From Candidatus Eiseniibacteriota bacterium (GTDB taxonomy: Bacteria; Eisenbacteria; RBG-16-71-46): 64,000 nucleotides of DNA. A program made the translations under genes and the position numbers. The notes under the pieces were generated by a model. It saw nothing but the letters and a program-made list of their open reading frames with translations, was not told where the DNA came from and searched no databases. Below, in pieces: positions 1-10,357 of this stretch (its first letter is position 1; each line of letters opens with the position of its first letter). The stretch lies in NCBI GenBank assembly GCA_963717505.1, contig OY970342.1, forward strand, positions 3,200,001-3,264,000, read 5' to 3'.

Positions 1-480
1 AGAAGGAGCACGGGCCGCGCAAGCACGCGGTGATCCAGCGGCAAGTTCGTCGGCAAGAACGTCGACGTGCATCCTGCGCGAGGCCGGCATCCCGTGCGAC
101 CCCTCGCAGCGGCTCGCGGTGTGCGAGGTCGACAACGATCATCCGTTCCTGTGGACCGAGATGATGATGCCGATCCTGCCGATGACGCGGGTGCGCACCG
201 TCGACGAGGCGATCGACTTCGCGCTCGCAGGTCGAGCACGGCTTCCGCCACACCGCCTCGATGCACTCGCGCAACATCGACAAGCTCTCGCGCGATGGCG
301 CGTCGCTGCGACTGCTCGATCTTCGTCAAGAACGGCCCGAACTTCGCGGGCCTGGGCATGGGCGGGGAAGGGCCGACCAGCTTCACGATCGCGAGCCCGA
401 CCGGCGAGGGCATGACCACGGCGCGCAGCTTCACCCGCATCCGCCGCTGCACGCTGGTCGATCACTTCCGGATCGTATGA
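1..480 (+). CDS. CoA-acylating aldehyde dehydrogenase (EutE/PduP family), C-terminal part, truncated by window edge, frameshifted
   Basis: Pieces in different frames: [72 protein letters not shown], the typical EutE/PduP C-terminus; adjacent to BMC shell genes. Confidence 0.9.
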
Positions 481-1038
481 TGCCCCGTCGCGATCGCCGC
501 GATCGAGACCAGCAGCATCGCCCAGGGCACGGTGGTCGGCGACGCCATGGTCAAGACCGCCGAGGTCGACCTGGTGCAGGCGAGCCCGCTCTCGCCCGGC
601 AAGTACTGGGTCCTGATCGGCGGCGAGGTCGCCTCCGTGCGTTCCGCTTATCAGCGCGGGCCTCGAGGTGGCGGCCGACACGCTGCTCGATTCGCTGTTC
701 ATCCCGCAGCTCCACGCGATGGTGCTGCCGGCGCTGCGCGGCACCGCCGCCGCCGCGTCGACGACGACGCGCTCGGGCGTGCATCGAGACGCTGACCGCG
801 GCCTCGGCGATCGTGGCCGCGGACCGCGCCGCCAAGACCGCCGACGTCACGCTCCGCGACCTACGACTCGCGAACGGCCTCGGCGGCAAGGGCGTGCGTC
901 CTGCTGACCGGGACGGTAGCCGACGTCCAGGCCGCGGTCGACGCGGGGCGGGCCGAGGCCGTGCGCCGCGGACTGCTGATGCGCTCGGTGGTGATCCCGC
1001 GGCTCCACGCGCAGATGAAGGAACGCGTACTCGGATGA
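477..1038 (+). CDS. Tandem-domain BMC shell protein (BMC-T, PduT-like), frameshifted
   Basis: Reassembled from frames: [46 protein letters not shown]...[37 protein letters not shown]...[10 protein letters not shown]...SVVIPRLH; ATGA overlap with the ALDH stop. Confidence 0.88.
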
Positions 1039-1065
1039 GCCGCCGGCGCGGCGCTCGAAGAGGCG

Positions 1066-1355
1066 ATGCACTTCGCGCGCGTGATCGGCACGGTGGTCTG
1101 CACGGTGCAGGTGCCGGCGTTTCGCGGGCATCGCCTGCTGTTGCTCGAGCCCACCGATGTCGCCGGAGCGCGCGCCGGCCGCGCCCTGGTCGCCGTCGAT
1201 CTGGTGTCCGCCGCACCCGGGCAGCGCGTGTTCTACGTGCGCGGCCGCGAGGCCGCCAACGCCCTGCCCGACCCGGACAATCCGGCCGACGCGGCGATCG
1301 TCGGCATCGTCGATCGACGCTGCGCGGAGCCGCTGCCGGGAGGTCGCGCCGATGA
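1066..1355 (+). CDS. BMC vertex protein (BMC-P, EutN/CcmL family), copy 1; 3' end uncertain
   Basis: MHFARVIGTVVCT...LVAVDLVSAAPGQRV...DAAIVGIVD. Confidence 0.88.
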
Positions 1356-1635
1356 TCCTGGCGCGCGTGGTCGGCGACGTGGTGGCGACCATCAAGCACG
1401 CGGATCTCGCGGCGCGCAAGCTGCTCTTGGTCCAGCCGGTCGACCCGGGCGGCGCCGCCATCGGTCGAGCCGCGATCGCGGTGGACGCGGTGCGACGCCG
1501 GCACCGGCGATCTGGTGCTGGTTGCGGACGAGGGCAACTGCGGCGGCTCAGGTGCTGCGGCAGCCACGCGGCGCGGTGCGCACGGTGATCGTCGGAGTCG
1601 TCGACGCGTGGGGCCCGGAGCCAACGCGATCGTGA
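1352..1635 (+). CDS. BMC vertex protein (BMC-P, EutN/CcmL family), copy 2, frameshifted
   Basis: GGAGG RBS then MILARVVGDVVATIKH...IAVDAV...DLVLVADEG...VRTVIVGVVD across frames. Confidence 0.85.
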
Positions 1636-1704
1636 CCGCCACCGTATCGGGTGCACATCGAATGCGCGATCGTGCTAAAGTGCCGCATCCGGGAGGGTTG
1701 TCGA

Positions 1705-1926
1705 TTGCCGATCTTCGAGTACCGCTGTGCGTCGTGCGGGGAGCGTTTCGAGTCACTGGTCCCGCGTCACGACGTTTCCGCGCCGCCGTGCCCCGCGTGC
1801 GGGGCCGAACGCGCGCAGCGACTTCTCTCGTCGTTCGCGGTCGTCGGGTCCGCCTCGAGTGCCCAGGCGGGTCCGTGTGGCTCGCACGACTGCGCATGCC
1901 GGCGAGGAACAGCTCCGGCCGATTGA
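1705..1926 (+). CDS. FmdB-family zinc-ribbon regulatory protein
   Basis: TTG start after GGAGG; PIFEYRCASCGERFE...CPACG...RLLSSF and a Cys-rich tail. Confidence 0.88.
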   Translation: MPIFEYRCASCGERFESLVPRHDVSAPPCPACGAERAQRLLSSFAVVGSASSAQAGPCGSHDCACRRGTAPAD

Positions 1927-1989
1927 GGCCATCGGGTCGCGGCGCACGAATGGGTTGCTGCCGCGAGCGTCCACGTCAGGGAGGGGATC

Positions 1990-2307
1990 ATGACGAAGGC
2001 GGACCTGGTCGAGTCGATCTCCGTTCACACGGGGGTCTCGAAGCACCACACCGCGGTCATCGTGGATCACCTGCTCGATGCTGTGTGTCGCGCGCTGACC
2101 GACGGTCAGCACCTCGAGATCCGCGGTTTCGGCACGTTCAAGGTGCGGGAGCGGCGGGCGCGCCGCGCCCGCAATCCGCGCAGCGGGCTGGAAGTGCTGG
2201 TGCCGGCCAAGCTGGTGCCGGTGTTCAAGCCCAGCAAGGAACTCAAGGCCCTGGTCCTCGACGGCGAGCCAGTGCCCGAGACCGAGGCCGTCGCCAGTCA
2301 GGTATGA
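1990..2307 (+). CDS. HU/IHF-family DNA-binding protein
   Basis: MTKADLV...LEIRGFGTFKVRERRARRARNPRSG...VPVFKPSKELK. Confidence 0.95.
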   Translation: MTKADLVESISVHTGVSKHHTAVIVDHLLDAVCRALTDGQHLEIRGFGTFKVRERRARRARNPRSGLEVLVPAKLVPVFKPSKELKALVLDGEPVPETEAVASQV

Positions 2308-2343
2308 CCCGCCGGCGGGCTCGGCCCCGCCCCAGGAGCCCGC

Positions 2344-2439
2344 ATGGGATCAGGAAAGAAGCGTAAGCGTAAGAAGATCGCCACCCACAAGCGCAAGAAG
2401 CGACTGCGGAAGAACCGCCATAAGAAGCGCGTCCGCTAG
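2344..2439 (+). CDS. Small basic ribosomal protein bS22 (AURKAIP1/COX24, mS38-like), 31 aa
   Basis: AGGAG RBS, then MGSGKKRKRKKIATHKRKKRLRKNRHKKRVR*; matches the Bacteroidota-type bS22 pattern; too short for the ORF track. Confidence 0.88.
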   Translation: MGSGKKRKRKKIATHKRKKRLRKNRHKKRVR

Positions 2440-2484
2440 GCGCCCCCGCGACCCCGAGACGCCACGCCTGATCGGCCGCGCCCT

Positions 2485-4177
2485 GTGGCAGCGCGGGCGA
2501 TGGTGGTTCGATCCCGCGCGCCGCTGGCGCGGAGGTCGCCGGGAGCTCGCGGTTCGTCATCGTCCGGCGCTGGAGCACGGGGACTTCTGCATCGCGGAGG
2601 TCCCCGACGATGCGCCCGCGTTCCTGATCGAAGTGCTGGGCGCCGAGGACCGGCCCGAGTGGGACGATGCTTCGGTGATCTCCGCCGCACCGGCTGCGGG
2701 CGCGCTTCCGGGGACGACGTGGAGCGCGAGGCGGCCGCGCATCACGAGCCCGGGGCCGCAGAACGCCGGGGGCGCGAGGACCTGCGCGACCAGCTGGTCT
2801 TCACCATCGACCCCGAGGACGCGCGCGACCACGACGACGCCCTGTCGGTGGTGGCCCTCGGCCACCAACACTTCGAGGTCGGAATCCACATCGCCGACGT
2901 TTCACACTACGTGCGGCGACGGCTCGACGATCGACCGCGAGGCCCGTGCGCGCGGCACCAGCGTGTACCTGCCCGGCGGGGTGGTGCCGATGCTCCCCGA
3001 ACGGCTGTCCTCGGACCTTTGCTCGTTGCGTCCGGACCGCGATCGGCTGGCGCTTTCGCTGATCGCGGAACTCGACGCCGATGGCCGCCTGCGCAAGTAC
3101 CGCTTCGTCGAAAGCGTGATCCGGAGCCGGCACAAGCTGCACTACGCCGAGGTTCAGGAAGTGCTCGACGGATCGCGTCACGTCGACCGCTCCTTGCATC
3201 AGGCGCTCGAGGCGGTCCAGAAACTGGCGCGCGGCCTGCGCCGTCGGCGGCGCGCTGCGGGAGCGCTCGAGCTGGAGGTGCCCGAGGTCAAGGCCTGGGT
3301 GGACGCCAATGGCGTTCCGATCCGGATCGAGCGCCGCCGCCATCTCGAGAGCCACGAGCTGATCGAGGAGTTCATGCTGCTCGCCAACCGCTGCGTCGGG
3401 CACGAAGGCGCGAACGGCGCACCGGTGTCCTCTACCGGATCCACGAGCCACCGACCCCCGCCAAGCTCGAGGACCTGGATCGCGATGCTCCAGGTGCTCG
3501 GCCTGCCGCGGCTCGGACGCCTCGACGACCCGGCGCGTGCGCTGCAGTCCCTGCTGGCCGCACCGCTCGACCCACAACATCGACGCCTGCTCCACCGCAT
3601 GGTCTTGCGCACCTTACCTCGCGCCCGCTACGACGCCCGCGATCACGGACACTTCGGCCTGGCGAGCCGCGAGTACTGTCACTTCACCTCGCCGATCCGC
3701 CGTTACCCGGATCTGCACAATCACCGCCGGGTTCGGGAGTGGGTGCGCGGCAAGCGCGACGCGGCCTGGGACCCGGGCGATCTCGCCGAGGACGCCCAGC
3801 TGTGCAGCGCCGCCGAGGAGACGGCGGTCGATGCCGAGCGCGAGGCGGTCAAGGTCAAATCGCTGCGCCTGCTGGAAGGGAGACTCGGAGACCGGGCTTC
3901 GGGTATGATCACCGGCCTTGTCCCGCGCGGATGCTTCGTCGAGCTGGACGAGGAGCCGGTCGAGGGATTCGTCCGCGTCGGACACGAACTCGACGATCGT
4001 TTCGATCTCGATCCTGCCGGGGTTCGACTGATCGGACGGCACAGCCGGCGACGCTTTACGTTGGGAGACACGGTTCACGTCATCGTGGCGCGCGTGGACG
4101 TTCCGGCGCGCGAATGTGATTTCGCTTTGGACCAGGAAGAGCGCCGGCCCCGACGCCGGCACACCAGGAGGGGATGA
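2485..4177 (+). CDS. rnr: Ribonuclease R / RNase II family 3'-5' exoribonuclease; start uncertain, several frameshifts
   Basis: RNB motifs [55 protein letters not shown]; C-terminal S1 domain. Confidence 0.9.
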
Positions 4178-4747
4178 TGCCGTCGAAACCCGCCCGCCGC
4201 CGCAGCGAGCGCCGCCGACTGCCACGCGCCGAGGCGCGACTCAGCATGCGCGTCGAAGGCGTCCACGAAGGTAGCAGCGCCCAAGTCGTCACCGAGAGCC
4301 AGAACATCTCTGCCAGCGGCGTCTATTGCACCTCGTCGCACTTCCTGGCGCCGCTTGTCGAAGGTGCAGCTGACCATCGTGCTCCCCCGTCTGCCCGGGC
4401 GGGCGGGGCAGGAACTGGTGAAGTGCGAGGGCATCGTCGTGCGCTGCGACGTGGTCGAGCGCCGTGGCCAATCCAGTTTCGAGCTGGCGTGCATGTTCTC
4501 CGATCTCGACGCGCCCCGTCGCGCCCTGATCGAGGAGTTCGTGACCTGGCGCAACCTCCAGTCGCTCCGTGCAGCGGCGCGCGCCGGCGATGGGCGGCGT
4601 CGCACCTCGCCGACCTCGCGCGTGGCGCGGGCGGCCTCGGCCGCTGGGCGTCGGGCGGCCAAGCCGGCCGCGAGCAGCCGCAGCACGGCGGCACGGCGCG
4701 CGACGGTCACGCCGAGTCGGCGCCGCGCCGGTTCCGGCCGGGGCTGA
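4174..4747 (+). CDS. PilZ-domain (c-di-GMP binding) protein with basic low-complexity tail; frameshift near 4358
   Basis: ERRRLPR (RxxxR) and NISASG (D/NxSxxG), continuing in the 4355..4747 frame as SKVQLTIVLP...CEGIVVRC...ACMF. Confidence 0.8.
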
Positions 4748-4761
4748 TCCCGCCGATCCAG

Positions 4762-6084
4762 GTGTTGCGACTGACCAGCCGGGCGGCGCCGGGGTTCGGG
4801 GGCCGCTTCCAGCCTCCGGGTGACAAATCGATCACGCATCGGGCGTATCTGATCGGACTGCTGCACCAGGCGCCGATCACGATCGAGCACGCGAATCCCG
4901 GCGCCGACTGTCTGGCGTCGCTGGCGTGCGTCCGAGCGCTGGGAGCGCGAGCCGAACCCGGCGCGGTGCACGGCGTCGGTCCTCGACTCGAAGATCCGCG
5001 GCGCACGCTCGACTGCGGCAATTCCGGAACCACGTTGCGCTTGTTGGCCGGGATCGCCGCCGGGCAGCCGTTCGCCTCGACGCTCGCCGGCGACGCCTCA
5101 CTCAATCGTCGTCCGGTCGGCCGGATCGTCGAACCCCTGCGAGCCATGGGCGCCGACATTCATGCCGCGGCCGGCGACCGGCAGCCACCACTCACGGTGC
5201 GCGGTGGCGCGCTACGCGGTATCGAGCACCGCGCCCCGGTGGCCAGCGCCCAGGTGCTCTCGTGCGTGGTGCTCGCCGGGCTGTTCGCCCGAGGTACGAC
5301 AGCGGTCGAACTCCCCGGTCCGGCGCGCGATCACACCGAGCGGATGCTGGGATCACTCGGCGTCCCGCTCGATATCGAGCCCCGCGCGGGTGGCGGCCGC
5401 CGCGTCGCGGTGACCGGACCGCACGAGCTTGCCGCCCGTCCCAGGCACTGGCGCATTCCGGGGGACTTCTCCGCCGCGGCATTCTTCCTGGCGGCGGCCG
5501 CCGGTTGTCCGGGAGCCCGGGTGACGGCGGTCGAGGTCGGGCTCAACCCCACGCGCACGGGACTGCTCGACGTGCTCGAACGCATGGGCGCTCGAATCAC
5601 GAGGAGCCCGGTGCGAGAGGAGCACGGTGAACCGATCGGGGACGTCACGGTCGAGGGCACGGACGACCTGCGCGCGGTCGAAGTCGCCGCGGAAGACCTG
5701 CCGCGCTGGATCGACGAGGTGCCGGCGTGGATCGTGGCCGCGGCCGTGGCCCGCGGCACGTCACGGATCTCGGGTGCCAGCGAGTTGCGGGTCAAGGAGA
5801 GCGACCGGATCTCGGCGCTCGCCTCGGGACTCGCGTCGGTCGGCATTTCCGTGCGTGAGAGCCCCGACGGTCTCGAAATCGTTGGCGGGCGGCCGCAGGG
5901 CGGGAGGGTCGACGCACGCGGCGACCATCGGGTCGCGATGGCGTTCGCCGTGCTCGGGCTCCATGCGCGCTCTCCGATTCGGGTCGACGACGTGGCCGCG
6001 ATCGAGACCTCGTTCCCGGGATTCGCCGGCACGTTCGCCGAGCTGGGGGGAAACCTGACCCTGGCGGAGGATGACGCGGCGTGA
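4762..6084 (+). CDS. aroA: 3-phosphoshikimate 1-carboxyvinyltransferase (EPSP synthase); start approximate
   Basis: PGDKSITHRA, DCGNSGTT, ASAQV, RDHTERML, NPTRTG, KESDRI, DHRVAM. Confidence 0.96.
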   Translation: MLRLTSRAAPGFGGRFQPPGDKSITHRAYLIGLLHQAPITIEHANPGADCLASLACVRALGARAEPGAVHGVGPRLEDPRRTLDCGNSGTTLRLLAGIAAGQPFASTLAGDASLNRRPVGRIVEPLRAMGADIHAAAGDRQPPLTVRGGALRGIEHRAPVASAQVLSCVVLAGLFARGTTAVELPGPARDHTERMLGSLGVPLDIEPRAGGGRRVAVTGPHELAARPRHWRIPGDFSAAAFFLAAAAGCPGARVTAVEVGLNPTRTGLLDVLERMGARITRSPVREEHGEPIGDVTVEGTDDLRAVEVAAEDLPRWIDEVPAWIVAAAVARGTSRISGASELRVKESDRISALASGLASVGISVRESPDGLEIVGGRPQGGRVDARGDHRVAMAFAVLGLHARSPIRVDDVAAIETSFPGFAGTFAELGGNLTLAEDDAA

Positions 6085-6761
6085 GCTTCGTCCTGACCAT
6101 CGACGGCCCGGCGGCCGCCGGCAAGAGCACGACCGCGCGAGCGGTCGCCGCACGGTTGGGATTCCTCTACGTGGACACCGGCGCCCTCTACCGAGCGCTG
6201 GCGCTCAAGGTCCTGGAGCAGGGCGTTTCTCCAGCCGAGGGGCCGGAACTCGCGCGCATGCTCGCCGAGACCCGACTCGAGCTCCAGGGCTCGCCCGACC
6301 ATCCTTCGGTCTGGCTCGACGGCGTCGACGTCAGTACGCGGATTCGAACTCCCGAAGTCAGCGAGATGTCGTCGCGGGTCGCAGCGCTGCCGCTCGTGCG
6401 CCAATGGCTGATCTCGATTCAACGGCAACTGCGCGACCGCGGCCCGCTGGTCGCCGAAGGCCGCGACCTGGGCACCGTGGTGTTCCCGGATGCCGATGTC
6501 AAGATCTACCTCGATGCGGATTCGGGGTCTCGAGCCGAACGCCGATACCACGAACTCAGGGCGCGCGGTCTGGCCGTGACTCAGGAACAGGTGGGAGAGG
6601 ATCTCGATCGGCGGGACGCGCGGGACCGGACCCGCGCCCTGAGCCCGCTGGCCAAGGCCCCGGAGGCCGTGGTGCTCGACACGACCGGGCTGACGCTCGA
6701 GGCCCAGATCGAGGCGGTGGTTCGCGCCGCACTGGAACACCCCCGCTTTGTCGGCCGATAG
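6081..6761 (+). CDS. cmk: Cytidylate kinase
   Basis: IDGPAAAGKST, DTGALYRA, EGRDLGTVVFPDA; aroA-cmk-rpsA synteny. Confidence 0.97.
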   Translation: MSFVLTIDGPAAAGKSTTARAVAARLGFLYVDTGALYRALALKVLEQGVSPAEGPELARMLAETRLELQGSPDHPSVWLDGVDVSTRIRTPEVSEMSSRVAALPLVRQWLISIQRQLRDRGPLVAEGRDLGTVVFPDADVKIYLDADSGSRAERRYHELRARGLAVTQEQVGEDLDRRDARDRTRALSPLAKAPEAVVLDTTGLTLEAQIEAVVRAALEHPRFVGR

Positions 6762-6868
6762 TATGAGGCGTGCACGGGATCGGGTGGGGCCGATCCGCCG
6801 GGACTGGGCGAAGCCCCGAGGGGCCTCGGCCGGGCCCGCGGGACGGGCCGGCGCGGCTAGGAGAATCG

Positions 6869-7522
6869 GTGCGGACGTACTATAGTGCCGTCCGGAATTT
6901 TGCCAACGTCGCACTCGGAGCTCTCACGGGCTGGCGGGTGACGGGTGTCGAACACGTACCGCGCGATGGCGGCGTGATCGTCGCCTCGAACCACATCTCG
7001 TTCTGGGATCCGCCGCTGCTCGGCGCGCTGTTGCCGCGGGAAATGCACTTCCTCGCCAAGGAAGAGTTGTTCCGCGGTCCGCTCGGGTCGCTGGTGCGCA
7101 GCCTGAACTCGATCCCGATCCGTCGAGGCACCGCCGACCTGACTGGTCTTTCGCGGGCGATCGACGCGCTCAAGGCCGGCGGTGGCTTGATTCTGTTCCC
7201 GGAAGGGAGCCGAATGCGCGACGGTCGCTTGCACCCGGCGCGGCCGGGAGTCGGGCTGATCGCGGTCAGCGCCGACGCGGTGATCGTGCCCTGCTACATC
7301 TCGGGCAGCAATCGGCCGTCGAAATGGTGGACCCGCAAGGAACGGGTGAGGGTCACGCTCGGCCGAGCCCAGCACTGGCGGGAGTTCGTGGACGTCGTAG
7401 AAGAAACGCCGGGGCGGGCGCTCTACCAGAGCGTCGGCGACGGTGTGATGCGCGCGATCGCAGCGCTCAAACGCGATCAAGAGGAGGAAGCAGCACCCGG
7501 GGCGGCCGCCGGCCGATCCTGA
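6869..7522 (+). CDS. plsC: 1-acyl-sn-glycerol-3-phosphate acyltransferase
   Basis: NHISFWD (NHx4D), FLAKEELF, FPEGSR; GTG start after AGGAGA. Confidence 0.92.
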   Translation: MRTYYSAVRNFANVALGALTGWRVTGVEHVPRDGGVIVASNHISFWDPPLLGALLPREMHFLAKEELFRGPLGSLVRSLNSIPIRRGTADLTGLSRAIDALKAGGGLILFPEGSRMRDGRLHPARPGVGLIAVSADAVIVPCYISGSNRPSKWWTRKERVRVTLGRAQHWREFVDVVEETPGRALYQSVGDGVMRAIAALKRDQEEEAAPGAAAGRS

Positions 7523-7551
7523 GTCCCGTATCTCTGGAGGCAACACCGATC

Positions 7552-9358
7552 ATGCTGGACACGACCGAACGCACCCTCAACCCCGTCGTGGAGACTCCGC
7601 GCCGGGCACCCGCCCCCCCTGCCATCCTCAATCTCGAAGAGGACGATGACGAGGCCGCTCAAGCGGCCCGCGCCGAGATGTTCGGCCAGTACGAGGAATC
7701 CCTCCGATCCATCGGCGAAGGCGAGATCGTGCGCGGCACGGTGCTCGCGGTCGACGACAAGGAGGTCCTCGTCGACGTCGGCTTCAAGAGCGAAGGCGTC
7801 ATCTCGCTCTCGGAGTTCCCGGACCCGGCCAGCATCAAGGTCGGCGACTCCAGATCGACGTCTTCCTCGAGAAGATGGAGAACCAGGACGGCCTGGTCGT
7901 CCTCTCCAAGCAGCGCGCCGACTTCGTGCGCGTCTGGGATCGCGTCAAGGACGCGCACGACAGCGGGCAGGTGGTCGAGGGCAAGTTGGTCCGCAAGATC
8001 AAGGGCGGCGTGGTCGTGGATCTCTACGGAGTCGAGGCGTTCCTGCCCGGCTCCCAGATCGCGCTGCGCCAGGTCCAGAACGTGGACGCCCTGCTCGGCC
8101 AGAACGTTTCGGTCAAGATCATCAAGCTGAACAAGCGCCGCCGCAACATCGTGGTCTCGCGCCGCGCCGTCCTCGAAGAGGAGCGCGACCGGATGAAGTC
8201 CACGATCCTCAAGGATCTGGCGAAGGACCAGATCCGCGAAGGCCAGGTCAAGAACATCACCGACTTCGGCGCGTTCGTGGACCTCGGCGGCATCGACGGC
8301 CTGCTGCACATCACCGACATGTCGTGGGGCCGCGATCGCGCATCCCTCGGAGATGGTCAAGATCGGCGACCGCGTCCGGGTCAAGGTGCTCAACTTCGAT
8401 CCCGAGAAGGAGCGCATCTCGCTCGGCTTGAAGCAGCTCGAGCCCTACCCGTGGGACGGCGTCGAGGACAAGTACAAGGTCGGCGATCGCGTCACGCGGA
8501 CGCGTGGTGTCGATCACCGACTACGGCGCATTCGTCGAGCTGGAGAAGGGCGTCGAGGGCCTGGTGCACGTGTCCGAGATGTCGTGGACGCGTCACGTTC
8601 GCCATCCGTCCAAGGTGGTCAACATCGGCGACGTCATCGAGGCGGTGGTGCTCAAGGTCGACGCGGCCAACGAGAAGATCTCGCTCGGGTTGAAGCAGAT
8701 CGAGCCCGATCCGTGGCTGACGCTCGACGAGAAGTACCCGACCGGCATGCGCGTCCAGGGCAAGGTGCGCAATCTGACCAACTTCGGCGCGTTCGTCGAG
8801 CTCGAAGAGGGGATCGACGGGCTGGTGCACGTCTCCGACATGTCGTGGACCAAGCGGGTCGCGCATCCGAGCGAAGTGCTCAAGAAGAACGACTCGGTCG
8901 AGGTCGTGATCCTGTCGATCGACAAGGAGCACCGGCGCATCAGCCTGGGGCTCAAGCAGGTCAGCGAGGATCCGTGGCCGCGCCTGGCCGACCGCTTCCC
9001 GTCGGGCATGGTGCTTTCCGGCGCGGTGAATCGCCTGTTCGATCGCGGCGCGATCGTGGACGTCGGCGACGGCATCGAGGGTTTCATTCCGCTCTCGCAG
9101 CTCGGGATCGACGACCTCAAGCGCCCGACCGACGCCTTCGAGGTCGGCGAGGAGCAGACCATGAAGGTGACGCGCGTGGACATTCCGAACCACCGGCTGG
9201 TGTTGAGCGTCAAGGCCTGGCTTTCCGACCAGGACGACATCGCGCTCGCCGAGTGGACCTCCAAGCGCAATCAGGTTCGGGCCAAGATCGCGGCCAATCC
9301 GCCGGCGGACGATGCGGCGAAAGCCAAGACCAAGGAGAACGTGCCCGAAGACGAGTAA
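7552..9358 (+). CDS. rpsA: 30S ribosomal protein S1; frameshifts near 7850, 8335 and 8495
   Basis: Six S1 repeats across frames: VDVGFKSEG, AFLPGSQ, TDFGAFVDLGGIDGLLHITDMSW, YGAFVELEKGVEGLVHVSEMSW, FGAFVELEEGIDGLVHVSDMSW. Confidence 0.97.
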
Positions 9359-9386
9359 TCGGCACGGCTTCGAAATGCAGATCGTC

Positions 9387-9424
9387 GCGCGCCGGAGCTT
9401 TGTGGTCCGGCGCGCCGGCGTTTT
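9387..9424 (+). terminator. Probable intrinsic terminator after rpsA
   Basis: 10-bp stem GCGCGCCGGA/TCCGGCGCGC, followed after a few nt by TTTT. Confidence 0.55.
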
Positions 9425-9469
9425 GGGCGGGCTTGCGCCACCGCCCGTACTGGGCACTATCCTGACGCC

Positions 9470-10357
9470 ATGAATCCTCACGCCGTGAATCCTCAGGGAT
9501 CGATTCGCTTGCTGGTCGCGGTGGCGGCCGCGCTGGCGTTGTGGCCGGCGCACGGAGCCGCCGGGCCGTCCCTGGATTCGCTGCTCGCCCGGCACGTGGC
9601 CGACAGCCTGCTCGTGCCCCTCCGCCACTACGAGAACCAGGCACGCGTGCCCCGGGAGGGAGCCGAGGCCGCCTTGCTGCTCGGACATCTGCACTACGCG
9701 CGCGCCGAGTACCGGCCGGCGGCCGATGCCTTCGCGCGCGCCGGCGCACGACTCGATCCGGCGCGCAAGAACGAGGCGCGCTATTGGGCCGGCCTGTGCT
9801 GGCTGGCGCTCGGCGACGAACGCAGGGCGCGCGCTGCGCTCGAAGAGGTCGCGGAGTCGGCGTCGCCACGCCGGCTCGATGCTCGACTGGCGCTGGCGAT
9901 CACCTGGGAGGAAGGACGCCGGCCGGATCGCGCCCTGGATCTGCTCGAGCCGCTGGTCCACGAGGGCCGTGGCGAGGCGATGCCGGCAGTGCTCGAGCAC
10001 GTGAATGGCCTCGCGGTCCGGCTGCACCAGACCGGCCTCGCCGACCGCGCCCGCACCCGCCTGCTCGAGGAGTATCCGCGCAGCATCGAGGCCGCGCGCG
10101 TCGGCCTGGTCACGCCCGGAGCCTCGGGCGCCGCGGTCGAGCTGGGTCCGTTTCCAAGCGAGCCGCGGGCGCACGCCGTCGCCGACCTGGCTCGCGCGCT
10201 GGGCTTCACCGCCGCCCGACCCGAGACCCGCGGCTCGGGGCGCGGCCGCGCCTACGTGGTTCGGCTCGGCGAGTTCGACTCCGACCCCGCGGCTCGAGCG
10301 GCCGCCGACCGCGCACGCCGCGAGCTGGACGTGCCGGCCCGGGTGATCGAGCGATGA
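9470..10357 (+). CDS. Secreted TPR-repeat + SPOR-domain protein
   Basis: Signal peptide; TPR-like helices (EARYWAGLCW, LLEEYPRSIEA); C-terminal VELGPF...YVVRLGEF...A SPOR pattern. Confidence 0.75.
   Translation: MNPHAVNPQGSIRLLVAVAAALALWPAHGAAGPSLDSLLARHVADSLLVPLRHYENQARVPREGAEAALLLGHLHYARAEYRPAADAFARAGARLDPARKNEARYWAGLCWLALGDERRARAALEEVAESASPRRLDARLALAITWEEGRRPDRALDLLEPLVHEGRGEAMPAVLEHVNGLAVRLHQTGLADRARTRLLEEYPRSIEAARVGLVTPGASGAAVELGPFPSEPRAHAVADLARALGFTAARPETRGSGRGRAYVVRLGEFDSDPAARAAADRARRELDVPARVIER

Noticed and set aside
4174-6084. Apparent PilZ-AroA fusion of 636 aa
   Set aside because: Caused by a frameshift near 4358; PilZ continues in another frame to a stop at 4747 and aroA starts after it
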